Of a stretch of DNA of 64,000 nucleotides, positions 23,735-36,662 are shown piece after piece (position 1 is the stretch's first letter; each line of letters begins with the position of its first letter). This stretch comes from Eutreptiella sp. 'Long Island Sound 2002' (taxonomy: Eukaryota > Protista > Euglenida). The notes under the pieces are model-generated. The model saw only the letters and a program-made list of their open reading frames with translations. It ran no database searches and had not been told where the DNA came from. The translations under genes and the position numbers were made by a program. The stretch lies in contig OZ038378.1 of NCBI GenBank assembly GCA_964036045.1, positions 79,546,001-79,610,000 of the forward strand, written 5' to 3'.

Positions 23735-24904
23735 TCCGGGTTGCGCGATGGCGCTGCGTCCCCAACAAGGAAAAGGGACGTTTGGGTGGCATTTTTTTTA
23801 GAACCTATGGTATAGGTGTAGTGCCACATGCGGTCCCCGTGCTTGCGGCACAATTATCTCTGTTGATATCCCTTTGCTACCCCCCCCACCTGTTTCCCGT
23901 TGATTGTTGTCCCTTTCTACCCCTCCCCCCCCTTGCCCCTGCAAGATTCACACTCTTTGTCGGGGTGGGGTAGTGGGGTTGCACCAGGGTGATTGTCCCA
24001 TCCCCCCCCCGTGGAGGCCGTCGGGGTGTTTCTCCCATCATACCCCCCCCCCCCGGGGATGCCGCCAAGGTGTTTGTCCCATCATACCCCCCCCACCCCC
24101 GGCGGTGTCTCATCCTTCCCCGTTATCCAGCCAGGTCCGCGACCACAAAGCAATCTCTGTTTGTGGCCTTTTGCCGGCAGCAAATGCCTGGCATGCGGTC
24201 TTTTGTGCCATTTTGTTTTAACCTGCTATTTGTGTGTTTACTTCCAGCCTGGGACGCGTTATTTCCCCTCCCTTCCCCCTTGGCTTGTATAGCATGATCT
24301 CCCCTCCCTCCCCTTTATGTTGTGTGTTGTTTGTTGTAAGGGCCTGAGCGAGTACGGGGCCGAGTGAGTGCCAGCGCGAAGTGTATGTCAGCGCGCCGTA
24401 GGAGCAGTAACCAGGGGTAAGTGGTGCATCCAGCACGGTGGCGTGCGTTTTGCGGCCGTGTGCGTAGGTATGAAGCGTGACAGCGCGATGCTTGGGGTGC
24501 GGGACTGAGCACCGGCGGATTGCCTGGCAGTCCTTCAGGTTGCACGGTTTGTGGATTTTCAGGGTATGCTGATTGCTACCTCTCTCCGTGTATGGATACA
24601 TCTGAGTACTTCAGGGCTTTGAATGGATGCAATGGCTGGAATGGCTGTGTGGCGGGGTCTTCCAGTGGCTAAATTTCCGACCCTTGTGAGCTCTTCTCCG
24701 TCATCTCCACTTCCATTGCCCCCTCTCATGCCCCCCTCCCCCCGGGTGATGCCCTAATATGCGCTGCAGCCGCCCCCCCCCCCCACAGCCATGGCACTCA
24801 CCCTGTTTTCAGTCCCTGGTGGTAGGTGGCACATCCCCCCCTCACCCCCTGCCCACAACCACCAGTTTGTGGCGGCCAACAATTGGAGGGCCCAGCCAGC
24901 CACG

Positions 24905-25072
24905 TGACTGAGAGCTGACGGAGCCGTTAGGCGCGCTCACTGAGCACTCACTGTGCCGTTTCGCGCGCTCACCGAGCGCTCAGTGAGCGCGCCAAATGGC
25001 GCAGTGAGCGCTCAATGAGCGCGCCAAATGGCTCAGTGAGCTCTCAATTCGCTCTCAGTCACTGCGAACCTG
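24905..25072. repeat. Type-C array
   Basis: gcgctcactgagc / gcgcgccaaatggc copies. Confidence 0.9.
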
Positions 25073-25428
25073 CAGACAGGTACTACATAGGCACCACACA
25101 ATATGCCCAAACATGCTAAAAAATGACTATTTGGTGTCCCAACATACCACAGTGGCCAGATTTGGCCCTGATGAGGCAAGCGTTCTTGAAAACAGGCACA
25201 CAAGGGGGCTCAAAACGGTGACACTTGCCTTGCTTGAAAAAAATTTAGCTGTGTGAAACAATAATGTTTTCAAATAAACATGCAACGGCAATTGGTACAC
25301 GGCCAGAATCAATCACGGCACGTTGACCTGTGAAAAAAAGGCACACAACAGGACAGAAAGTGGTGGCCGAAGAAGTGCACAGCACGCTGAAATCTGTGGC
25401 CCCAGGCCCCCTGGAAGAAATTTCAGCA

Positions 25429-27190
25429 CTATGAAGTGCTCAACAATAATATATACCATACATATATACGGACCACGTAGCGGGGGGTTAAGCGGCTACC
25501 ACAACGCCACCGCTCCAGGGAGAGATGAACCCGGACTGCCAACCACGGGTTCTGGCTCCCAGCCAGGCTGCTGAGCAGCCACCACCACCTCCGACCGATA
25601 CCGGTGGTCTGCGTTCTGCAGGCGGTTGCCACTTCCCTTTCCACCGCCGGCAAGCTGTCCCCGCTCAGGTCCAGCGTTGTGGTTGTTCGAGCCAGCCCCG
25701 CAAAGGTCTGCAGCTGCTGGCACGACGACTTGCCGTCACCCATCGGCCGCGTGGCCAAGTGGGCGTACTCAAACAGTCCTGATGCCAGGAATTGCATGGA
25801 TTGCGCGCTGTAGGTGGCGGTGGGTGCAGCCGGAACCCCTGACTGGGAGGGGGATGCAGCCCCCGGCCCACATTCAAGGGGCTTGAAGTCCTTGGACCGC
25901 TGCAGCACCTCCAGCCGTGCCTCACTGACACCCGTTGGCGCTCAGAGTCCACGAGCTAGGCCTGCAGGTCGTCCCGCTGCCGCTTGACCGTGTCCAGCTC
26001 CTCCTTGAGACGATAGGTTGCTTCCGCTGCCACGGGCAGCACTGGCGGAACTGGTCGCGGTCACGGCATGCCTCCCGGTACACGGTCATGGGCACCGTGC
26101 CCGGAGATCCAAGGTCACGAACGGGGCTCCCGAGAGCCGCCTTTTGTGGTGCGGCTGCATTTCCCTTGCCCACCAAATTTTTTTTGGGGGGGTTGTTGTC
26201 CTTAGCTGCCTGCTTTTTCCCTTTCTGAGCCCCACTGCGGGTACTCTGGTCACTCCGGCCGCCTGCACTGCGGGCTGCATCACTCCTTCCCCCCTCCGTC
26301 CCCTCCCCATCACTGACCACCTTTTGGTCGATGACGCCCGCCCCCAGAGCGCTGGCACGGAAGGTGGCGACGTGGCCGCGCATGGGCTGCCAAGCCTCCG
26401 AGAAAAACCCCTCCCCCTGCACTTCCCATGCCGCCACCTGCTTCAAAGCAAGGGCGCTAGCGCGGGCCAGCAACCCCCCCTCCTCCGTCCCCACAGCCAG
26501 GTCCAAACACCAGCGTTTGGACCCCAACCGGTAAGCAAAGCGGGCTACAAAAAATCCCCCCTCCCCTGCCACAAGCCCACAATCCTCGGTGACGGTCACC
26601 CTGCACGGCAGGTGCATCTGGCTGGGTGTCCTTGTCTGCGGGGCGGTGCACGCGTCGAGGGTGGCGCTCCAATACCACCTCTCGGTGGAGTGCCGCGGTG
26701 CCCCCTTCACGTTAACAGTCCTGTTGAGGAGGTACGCCGGGGCGGGCTGCTTGTGGACCCGGGCAATGTAGAGCCCCAAGTAGGCCGCGCGTACATCACC
26801 GGCCCGGTGTGCCCGCACCGGGGGGAAAGGGACCAGGGCTCCCATTACTAGGTCGGCGAGTGATGGGCCCACCGTCCCCCAACCCTTGTCAACCGCCGCT
26901 GCCCTCTCGTCCGCTGTTGTCACCATCGTGGGCCGCACTTCCGATGCCCCCGGCACCGGCTCCTTCGTCATTGACGCCAGTTGCGGTTGCCGTCGAAGCG
27001 GTGGTCGTGAGGAACTGTTGGCGCCTTCGGTGGGCAGCGCGAACGTTACGGGGCGTGGACTCTGTCTTTTGCTGCCGTTTGCATCAACCAAGTGCTCGTG
27101 CAGGGGGAATTGATCCTGCAAATGTGGTGTGGGGGGGGGGGGGGCTCCAAAAGTACCAGTTTCGATAAAGATGCAACGGCAGCAAAGCAC
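25429..27190 (-). pseudogene. Element C gene 2: unknown domain, Lys/Gly linker and coiled coil (frameshifted)
   Basis: 422-aa ORF 25922-27190; an alternative frame gives RLKEELDTVKRQRDDLQA*LVDSERQR; lies between two type-C arrays. Confidence 0.55.
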
Positions 27191-27217
27191 TGCAACGGCC
27201 CGGTCCCGGGTTCCACC

Positions 27218-27345
27218 TCACTAAGAGCTCACGGAGCCGTCATTAAAAGCTAATTGGCGCACTCACAGAGCGTTCACTGAGCGCGCCAAATGGCTCAGTG
27301 AGCGCTCACTCAGCGCGCCAAACGGCTTAGTCAGCTCTCAGTTGC
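27218..27345. repeat. Type-C array
   Basis: ttcactgagcgcgccaaatggctcagtgagcgctcactcagc. Confidence 0.85.
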
Positions 27346-27785
27346 ACCTCCAGACTAGCAACTGCAACTGGCGGCACGATGCTGGAGCTGCCTCAGCACA
27401 GTCCCATGGTGGCCATACACAGGGCCCATACAGACCCATACAGGCCCCCATACATGCCCCATAAAGCCCAGCAGCAGAAGAGCACGGGCTGTGTTGGAGG
27501 CCCACTCGCTGGCCACCTTGTGCACATGTTTAAACCCACTCATGGGGCACCTTGTGCACATGTTAAGCCCACTTGTGGGGCATTACACGCATGGAACACA
27601 AAGAACCCCTTGCCAGCCCAAAGCGCCACCGGCCCAGAGCCCCGAACCCTCCTTTCCAAACACCCTGGTGCACCCCACCACCACCCAGTCACGCCCCCTA
27701 CCAATATCCCCCCCAACACCCCGGTGCGAATCCTGCAGGGCAGGGGGGGAAGGGAGGAAGACCTTGCCGCTGCAGATGCAACGCA

Positions 27786-29730
27786 CTAAAAGCAGGACCT
27801 CGGCGCCCGCATCGCTCCTTGTACAGCGCTTCTCCCGCCCGCGATGCCAGGAGAAGCCGAGCAGCAAAGCCTCCTGTACAGTGATGGAGCGGGAGGAGGG
27901 GCCCCATACTGCTGCATCAGGGCGGCCTTCCCGGGTCCACTGGTACCCAGGTCGAGCCATGATGGCCCGCTTGTCCACAAGACGTCGCCTTCCTCCACGT
28001 ACACGTGGCACATGGGGTCGGCGGCGTCCGGGGCAGGCCTCGCCAGTAGTAGCGGGTGGTATGGGCAGCCAGGGCGTGACGGAACCACAGGGGCCAGCCA
28101 GTCGGCTAGCATCTCAAACCGCAGCAGACCGACCGCTTGCAGTCTCTTCCCAAAGGTGAAGTGCTGCCCCCAGTGGCTGAGACCCCTGGGGTTGGGCAGC
28201 GGCCCGTCTCCCCGTGGCCGTGAAGCCAGCTCATCCTTGGCCCCTGGCAGAGGGTCAAGGATGAACTGTTCCACGTCCACCCACTTGTAACGCTCGTCAC
28301 GGGTGAGGAGGCGGAAGAGAACAACCTGCTTCCCGAGCCCCGGGAGCGCGGCGAGACGCCGATGTCTCAGCGTTGAGGGAAAGAGAACCATGTCCCCACG
28401 CTGAAACTCGAGGGTCTCGACACGCAGAGCGTCATGGTCTCTCAGGTGGCCGCCGAAGTGCACCTCCAAATCATACTTGTCCGAGAGGACAAGCATCATT
28501 GAAAGATGCCCGGGCAGCTCACCCTTGCTAGGGAGCGTACCTGGCAACTTAACAACGTCAGTATGCCTGGTCTGCTCCCTAACATCTTCGCTGGCGGCAA
28601 TTGCGGACCACTGCGTTGGGAAAAGATTCCTCATCTCAGGCCAGCGAGCAGTGTACTGCTGACTAGCCCGTGGCAAGGGGTCCCTTCCCTACACAGAGAT
28701 AAGCTTGCCGGGCCGAGTACACCAGCGCCGTGGCAATTTGGGATCAGCCAAGCACTCCTCGCGAGAGTGTGCATTGGACAGCAGATCCCAATTTGAATCC
28801 GGCTGGGTGCCGCAGGAGCCGACGAGAATGCGGTACGAGTTCTCGCACTCCTTGGCCTCTACCGCCCCCCCGAACCACCCGGAGCCCCAAGTCGCACAAG
28901 GACTCATTCGACGCAAGGTCATGAGCCGGGAGTTCATGTGAGAACACCGGGGCAGCCAGGGAGACATAGGGGGGAGGGGAGGCGGCACCGCAGAGGAACA
29001 CGGACTCCTTGGTCCTGTACAGGGCTCGGATGGTGTAGTCGGGCACCACATGGCACCACTCGGGAATGATGGGACAAGCCGAAAGGCTTTCCGACCATTC
29101 CCCTGACACCACCCCGACCTTGAACGGCAAGGCCTCAAGCAGTCCCTTCTTGGGTGCAACATGGCTGACACCAAGATCTGCAGTTCAGCCATGCTGCAGA
29201 TCTTTGGTGCGATGAACTCGTGTCCCGAACTCGTGGGGGGTACCGATCACCTTTCCTGAGGACTGCTGACACAACTCTTGGAGAGCAGCCACACGAAAGC
29301 GGAAGCGTACGGCACGAATAGCTGGATGCACCAGGCACAATATTTGGTTGCACCGGTGCATCCAGCTCTTTCCAAGACGGGTCACATCGGACACGGTGAT
29401 ATGCACCACTTTTGGGGAAGGGGCAAGGAACTGCTGAGCCCACAACTTCAAAGGCTCCAGATCTGTCAAAGGCACCCCCGGGTACGCTGCCTCTGTGAAA
29501 GCGGTAAGTACCCGGGGGCGACTAAGGAAACACGTGAGAGCGTTGGAAGCCGCTAATTCCACGCCTGGGGCGACATTAGACATGGTGTGAACGGGAACAC
29601 CTATGGGAGCGGAAGGAATGCATGGGTAGGCGGATAGGGGGGCGGAGGAGAGGCGGAAAGGGGGGGGAACCCCCTGAGTGAGGTCCCAATCAAGTGCAAC
29701 CGAGCGCTCAGTGAGCGCCCAGTGAGCCAT
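27786..29730 (-). pseudogene. Element C 2OG-Fe(II) dioxygenase (fragmented 5' part)
   Basis: EQTRHTDVV (HxD), FQRGDMVLFPSTLRHR (distal H). Confidence 0.65.
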
Positions 29731-29830
29731 TTGGCGCGCTAAGTGAGCGCACAGTGAGAGCTAAGTGAGAGCTAAGTGACCATGCTCACCGACGGCTCAG
29801 TGACGGCTCAGCCGGGCTCAGTCAACTGAG
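29700..29830. repeat. Type-C array (subterminal), closely similar to 17415-17580
   Basis: cagtgagccatttggcgcgctaagtgagcgcacagtgagagctaagtgag...cagtcaactgagccg. Confidence 0.9.
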
Positions 29831-30030
29831 CCGTCACCAAAAAAAAAACCCCCCCCACCTCTTGAACCTTGACCAAGTGAGTGTCTAAGACTTCTAAAAA
29901 TATTAAATGCACGTTACCTAGCATGCAAAAAGCACAACAAACGAGCACAAAGACATCGCAATGCACAAATGAGCCCCAAATGAGCCCAAAATTCACATTT
30001 CCACTTAGCCAGCAGTGAGCCGCATGCACA

Positions 30031-30770
30031 CCGGAGATCCACGAGCAGCTGCAGAACATTGTCAACCCAGATCGTCAGACGTTGGAGGAGTGGTTGTTCC
30101 ATGGTGTTGGTTATCGGAGGGTGCGACTGCCGACCCAGCGGTACATAGTGACTTTGTTTCCTTTTCTGCTCCAGAACCCCTTGTGCAACGCTATCTACGA
30201 GCAATGGATCTTCCTAAAGGACAGCGACCCCTTGGGGACGGTTCTGTGTACCCGGCCAGAGGACACGAATACGGAGGACTGTGCAGGATAAGAGCTGCTC
30301 CACCGCATGCACCATTCGTCCCCAGTGTAGGCCCACCTGACGCACACGTTCATTGTCCCCCTGCAAGACGTGAGGCTGCGCCAGCACCACAGGTGCACGT
30401 GGGCTCACATCGTGGACAGCACACAGCCAACAAGATACACACGATGTCGATGAAACTTGGGGATGCCCTGCGCATGAACGGGCATTTGTTGGTGCGGTTT
30501 GGTGGTGGTAAGAGCAGGTACCGTGTCTTTACGTTGTTGCCGCATCGGGTGCGCAAGGTTCTGCCGTGCGTGGAGGGTCCGGAGGTCATGGAGATGGCGT
30601 GCAAGCAGCCTCCACTACAGACACCACACGCTACTGAGTTCAAGATGGGCGAGTGCCAGCACGTGCCGGTTCCATGGCAATATATGGGTGACGTCATGCA
30701 TCTCTGTTGGCACGTTGCGGACCGGATCATGTGGCTGGCGGTGAAGGGGATGTAGTACACGGACATTGCG
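30031..30770 (+). pseudogene. 3' half of the E2 PhyH-fold gene
   Basis: PEIHEQLQNIV...TFIVPLQDV...GSHRG...MKLGDALRMNG, homologous to 37567-38170. Confidence 0.75.
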
Positions 30771-31084
30771 CCCGATGGCGAGCACGATCTACTGAATTAC
30801 GGAACAGCTTGGGTGCATCGATGGTGGGTCCCATCCGTTAACAATGCGAAGGTGCCGCGACTCAGTTTGCAGATGTGGCGTTTGCCTTCGTGACGGCAGC
30901 TTGGGTTTCACCAAACAACCCAACCTGAAAGTGATGGCCTTCTGGCAGATGGCGCGCTACTGGGGTGCGCTCACCCCTGTTGACAACCTCCGCAACTCCG
31001 CCCCGTGGAAGGGGAACGAGTGGGTGTGCAATTGTCAATACCAGCGGTGTAACTACCGCTTACCGTTTTTTCGGCGCGCGTCAA

Positions 31085-31225
31085 TGCTTGTTTTAGCGCA
31101 CGTCAAAACTTGATTTAGCGCACGTCAAAGCGCGCTTTAGCGCATATCAAAATCCGCGTGCATTGTACCGAAGACAAACCGCTTTCAGCGCACGTCAAAA
31201 TAGGTTTTAGCGGGCGTCAAAGTCT
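31085..31225. repeat. Type-E array: TTTAGCGCACGTCAAAAC
   Basis: Several tandem degenerate copies. Confidence 0.85.
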
Positions 31226-31590
31226 GGTAACATTAGTGGAAACATATTCCACGTTTCTTCAGGCCCATCTTCTCATTGCGACCGTGAACCCCTTGTCCTA
31301 TGGCGCACGGGAGGACCCGAGGGTGACGCCGAGCAGCCAGCTAGTCATTGCACCGCTGTTGACAGCGTCACCCGTAGCCCAAGCTCCACCGGTGGCAAAG
31401 GATGGGGAGGGCAGCAGAGTCACGATGGATCCCTCGAGCATTTGCACGCCACACATTGACCTCATGGAGTGTTGGGAGTTCAAAAAGGAGGCCACGCTTG
31501 ACAGAACTGCGGTGGAGATTGCTGATGCGGATTGTTTGGTTGCTGAGACGATGAATCTCACTTGCGGGCTTTGCAGCAACATGGACTCGT

Positions 31591-34137
31591 TCACGGTGAC
31601 TTGCCCGTTTTGCGTGCCGGTGTCGTCACGGGCCATGCCGCGTGGCCTTCGTGGCCAGCTCCGCAGCAGCAGCTGATACCCCAGCCCAGGCTCCTGCATC
31701 GGGCACACGACGCCGCCCCATGCTTCAAGCAGAGCGTGCCCACCGTGCCGCTGCCCGCACCCGGGGGGCGGCTGCGCTGCGGCGCCGCAAGCGGAACGCT
31801 GCGGGCCGGAGCCCGCGGGGGCCGCTGGGCATACAGAAGCAGTGGAGGCCCCCCGTCGAGCGAGCGGTGGAAATAATCCATGAGAAAGCGGTCACTGTGC
31901 TGTGGCCGCATGCGCGCTGACGCCCGCAGGCGCCGGCCCCACGAGTCGCGGCAGTGCGTCGCCAAGGCATCAGCTGCAACATGACCTCGTGGCGCGCCGC
32001 AAAGTATGGCCGAGCCGAAAGCTCCGCGCACACGCCCCAGTGGGGCCCCGCCCAGCAGTGCGCCCGCTGCCAGACGGCGCTCCGCTAGCCCCACCGCTTT
32101 GTGCAGGATTTTCGGCTCGTTCCCCCAGTGGTAGGCGTGTGCCCCGCAGCCGGTGGTCCGGAGAGGCGCGAGCACCAGCCCCACGAAGGCTTCATAGTCC
32201 AGGGCTAGCTCAGCCCCGGAGACCTCCGCCGGCCCCGGCATCCAGGCAAGCGCCCGGGCCCACCTGACGAGGTTGTGGATGAAGTCCTGGGGCCACCTCC
32301 AGTCCGCTGGCACCCCTAGCTGCAGCCGCGGCTGGTGGCGGACGGTGTCCCCCGGTATGGGGCCTACGAAGGCGTCCCATGGGTAGGGGTCGCAGGGCTG
32401 CGGACGCTGCTACTCCGGGAAGAGGAAGTCGCCGTGGCCGGGCGGATCCCCCGCGCTAGCCTCCATGCGGGCCGCAAGGACTGCCAAGTACATGCCATAC
32501 AGGCGGTACAGGAACTCGTCGAGGACGTCCCGGTCCACCCCCTGTGCCAGCCGGAGGAGGAAAAGACCCGCCTTCCGCAGGCAGGAGGGCCACTGGTCCG
32601 GCGGGCCCGGATTGGGGATGGCCCCCGCCGCGCCGTTCAGCCACGTGAGCCACGTTCCCTCGGCGCCGCCCCACTCTGGGTTGTCCCAGAGGACGTGGGC
32701 CTCGTCCTCGTGCGCCGCGCCGTAGTGGGGGCACGCGGAGTTGGCCCGCATGCCGGGGTCCGACACCCGGGCCCCCGTCCACATGGCCCGGCCAGGAGCC
32801 CGCGCAGCAGCGACTTCTCCAACTGTGTGAAGGCAGCCCGCAGCGCCGCGCGGCAAGCCGGGCCATCCACCCGTTCACCCAGCCCACCGAAGGTGACGGG
32901 GCGCCGCGCCTCTGGCTGGCCCGAGGAGTGGCAGCAAAGGCTGTCCCGGACCTGGTGCTGGAGCTGGCGGAGCGGCTCTTGCACGAAGTGCAGGGGGTGC
33001 CCGTGCCCTGGGACGTCCCAGCACCACCAGCCTTCGCGCGGGGTCCAGCTCAGGGAGGCCGCTGAGCGGAGCGCGCGCTCCACCGCGCCCGTCTCGGGGG
33101 GTCGGCCCCCCAACTCCCAAATAGCTTGGGCAAAGACCTGCGTGACCCCCGGCCATCGGGCCATGCGGGCCAGCCAGAGGAGGCGCTCATATCGCGTGTG
33201 CATGATCAGGGACACGCGGTGCCCTTTGAACAAGATGGTAAAGACGACCTCCTTGGCCCGGGACACGCGCGCCGGCCCCCACAGGGCCCGCACCACCGCG
33301 GTCTCGAGTCCCCTCAGGTCGGGCTCCGTCACCCACGCCACGGCCACCCCGTGGAGGGCCAGCGGGGTGACCAGGGTGCTGATGGCTCGCTATTGCCGGT
33401 CGTAGTTCGAGAGGTGGGGTAGGCGACGCTGGGCGCTGCTCCCCGCCTCCAGACGCCAGGACTACACCGGTCCCGTGGACTTGGAGCCCCCAATGGGGAT
33501 GTCAACGCCGAGCTGGCGCAAGGTCGTCGCCAGCGGGATGGGGACCCCCCGGAGTAGCACCGCCGGGGCGCCGCGTTCCCCCTGGACCCAGGAGCAGGAC
33601 TTGTCCACGCGGACGCCCTGCCCCGTGATCCGCAGCCATTGCTCCGTCGTGGGATTGTCTCGTGGAGGGCGGCCGCGCCCAGGGCCACTGCCTGGGTGTC
33701 GTCTGCATAGCCCAATGACCCCAGCGCGGGTTAGCCGGGGCCGGCTTCCTTGAGGGGGAGTAGGGCCCCCGGTTCCAGGTTGTCCGCTGCGTCCTCGTCC
33801 AGGGCTCGCGGGAGGGCGGCCGTTTGTGCTCATACCTAGCGGCGCAGGGAGTCCACCACCCATTTTTCGATGGTGGTGAGCACATTCACGAGGATCACCG
33901 ACAAGGGGCACCCCTGGAGGATGTCGTTGGTGGCCTGCCACCATAGGCCGAAGGCCCCCGCGATCTTGAAGGCCCCGCGGAGCTGCTTGTACATGGCCCC
34001 CAAGGCACGACAGGTGCCCGGGTCCATGCCCAGCTCCAACGCCAGGGCCAGCACGACCGCTTGGGGATGAGATCAAAACACTTGACGTAATCGATGCTCA
34101 TCCCCGCGACGGCCCATCCCCTTAGACGGCCCAAGTT
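31591..34137 (-). mobile_element. 5'-truncated non-LTR retrotransposon (LINE) ORF2 with frameshifts
   Basis: SIDYVKCFDLIP, ILQGCPLS, GYADD, GVRVDKS, KYLG-equivalent region, ACPH...AHVLW zinc-finger-like motif; high GC. Confidence 0.85.
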
Positions 34138-34369
34138 GCCCCCCTCCCCCCCCCCAAATGGACCCCCGCCAAAAAAGTCACCAAATGACGGTCATCAAAA
34201 ATGCGTTCTACAAGGGTGAAATTTTAGCAACAAGTAGCGCACGCCTGTTTCCCCTCGTTTTTGACTACCCCCATATATGTTTTTGGCACTTTGCGCACAA
34301 CACCAACCTCAGGCTGGGCCCTATGAAATATGGGGAAAATAGTCCAATTTTGAGGAGGAACCCCACGGA

Positions 34370-35161
34370 ATGCATGTGTGTCCATGCACACTTCAATATC
34401 ACTACACCAGCGAAGGCACTACTCGTCGACGCGTACCATGTTCTATGATGTATACCATGATGTATACGAGACGGAGATCAACGCATGTGTACCTTGTGGG
34501 TTGCTTCTTTGATGCCTTGGGGCAGTTGCAGAGGAGGTCACATGTGCTCCCGTGTAATGTGGTGTGCGCCATTGACGGCCATGCATGCCAAGCGACGGCA
34601 AAAGCATGCGCGGGTGCCTTCAGGGTCCGCTGGCAACGTGAGCGAGAGGACCCGCTGCTGCGTAAGACCATAGACGTGGACATGGAGGAGAAATTGACCG
34701 GCGAGCAGTCTAATGCTGAGCAGTCAGACGGCGGGCAGTCACTTGGGAGGCGCGGGTAGCGCCGGAGACCGAGGGTCCCGACCACACTGAAGAAGAAGCC
34801 CAAGCCCCCACCAGTGCAAGTGGGACAAGCTGCGGAAGTGGCACGGGGTGTGGTGGAGCAGATGCGGGAGGCGCATAAGCAGGAGGTGGAGGCCCTGCAG
34901 CAGTCACATGCAGCTGAGCTGAAGCGCATTGAGACAGCAAGCAAGGCACGTGAAGACCAATGGCGTGCGAGGGAAGGCAAGCGGGAAACAGAGCGCAAGG
35001 CGCTGCAGGACCGGCTCGTGAAATCCCAAAAGCCGCAGGTTGGGAGTGGGAACGTGGCAGGTGTCAGTGAGGAGGGGGACAGCGCGGGGACGACGCCATA
35101 CCTCCAGGAAGCAACGGGCACATTGCATGGATCTTCGACGAGAGCCGTGACGGCTCTATAG
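34370..35161 (+). pseudogene. Unknown domain plus coiled-coil protein, candidate gene 2 of element E2
   Basis: ORFs 34370-34759 and 34814-35161 are in the same frame, separated by a stop; EQMREAHKQEVEALQQ; lies between type-E arrays. Confidence 0.4.
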
Positions 35162-35984
35162 TGCGCCTCATGGCTGATTGACACTCAGGGAAAGGAGAAG
35201 GGTCAACAGGCACCCCCTGTTGCACTGACCCAGTACACGAAACTGTTGGGAAAGTACAGTGTCCAGAGGATCGTTGGTGGGGTTAGTAGTAGTAGTCAAG
35301 GTGAGGGATAAGGAACAAACAACAGAGTCGTTGGCAGTACGGGCGTGTCTATCTGGTTTGATGGCCGTGATGTGCCTCTCATTGCCCCGCTCTCAGATGT
35401 GCCCCCTTTGTACCACGGCTTCGTTGGTCATGGGGAAGAAGAAGAGGAGCCACAGCCGGTAAGAGCACAAATAGCATGAACGAGCAGCAGCCCACAGTGC
35501 CCCAATCGGAGCCTGGCTCCGACGCCGTGTTGCTTTCCGCACCTGGCAAAAGGAAGTCGCTCCGAACGGGGTGAGGCTGTGGATCAGTGAGCTGCTGAGC
35601 CACGCCGAGGCGGTGGAGTATCGGTCAGTTGCCGCGAACGACGTTGCGACGCGCACCAACGGTGAAGCACATCAGCGCCCGGATGCCAACGACCAGGCAT
35701 GGCCGAAGCCCCGGGCCATGCACCTATTTTTTGTGGGAAATTTGGTTACACCGACGGCGACCGCGCAGCGGTCGTTGCATTTTCGTGTCATTCGGAGGGG
35801 GAGCGGGGAAGGCACTACCTCTGGATGCAAGGCGCAGTGTGGCCCTCCATCAGGGTAGCGAGTTTGTTCGCCTAATCGGGGTGAAGACCCCGCAGTCTTG
35901 ACAAAAGGAGGGGGGGTAACCACTGATTCTTTGGGTTGTCACCTTGATTTGGCGCTCTTTTCCTCACTCTAGCACGTGCGAAAA

Positions 35985-36065
35985 CACCCTTTAGCGCACG
36001 TCAAAACACACTTTAGCTCACTCCAAAACACGCTTTAGCGCACGTCAAAACACGCTTTAGCGTGC
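35985..36065. repeat. Type-E array
   Basis: tttagcgcacgtcaaaacac repeated. Confidence 0.85.
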
Positions 36066-36662
36066 GTCAACACCCCGGTCAACACACGGCCAACACACAA
36101 AACGCACACTTCACCTGTCCTTTGTGCCACGCACACTGCCATGGCGTACTACTTGCAGTATCATGAGTCGGGACCCCGTAACCATTCTACCCGCCGCGAG
36201 CGCCTAAGGGCTCTGCGGCGCAGGTGCACGCTATATGTAACCACGAAGGCAAATAGGAAAAGTGAAGTTTCGCTAAAACACGGTAAAATGCGGTAAATCC
36301 AGGTCAAACTTGGTTAACCGTCGTTTGCCGTGTCCCTCCATGTGTTTGGGTGGTGTTAGGACCAAACCATGTCAAATTGATGTAAAATGAGGCTAAATGC
36401 ATGCTCTTTCCGGCAACAAGTTGGGCCGTCTTACGTCAAACGTGGGTCCCTGTCGACTTTTGTGTTGTGCGCTGTTTGCTTCGTTTGCCTTCGTTTGTCG
36501 CATCTCACAACTAGTTTTAGCGCGCGTCAAAACTTGTTTTAGCTTGTACTCTAGTGCAATGTAGCTTAAGACAAAATCAGTTTTAGCGCTCGTCAAAACC
36601 AAGAATATCGCACATCAAAATGTGCTCTTTCCTGTTCCCCTTCATGGCTTACAGTCTTCTGG

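Larger units (their letters stand above)
16788..30030. mobile_element. Element C (pieces 16788-17775 and 22624-30030), TGT...ACA termini, CC target duplication, inserted in the E2 oxygenase
   Basis: Termini TGTACCTGCGGCTCA (from 17775, minus) and TGTGCATGCGGCTCA (from 30030, minus) share long subterminal similarity. The flanks rejoin in frame as ALFAPEIHEQL. Confidence 0.75.

Noticed and set aside
17455-29760. CACAGTG/CACTGTG in type-C arrays as true V(D)J recombination signals
   Set aside because: No nonamer at 12 or 23 bp; they are single-base variants of the CTCAGTG array unit.
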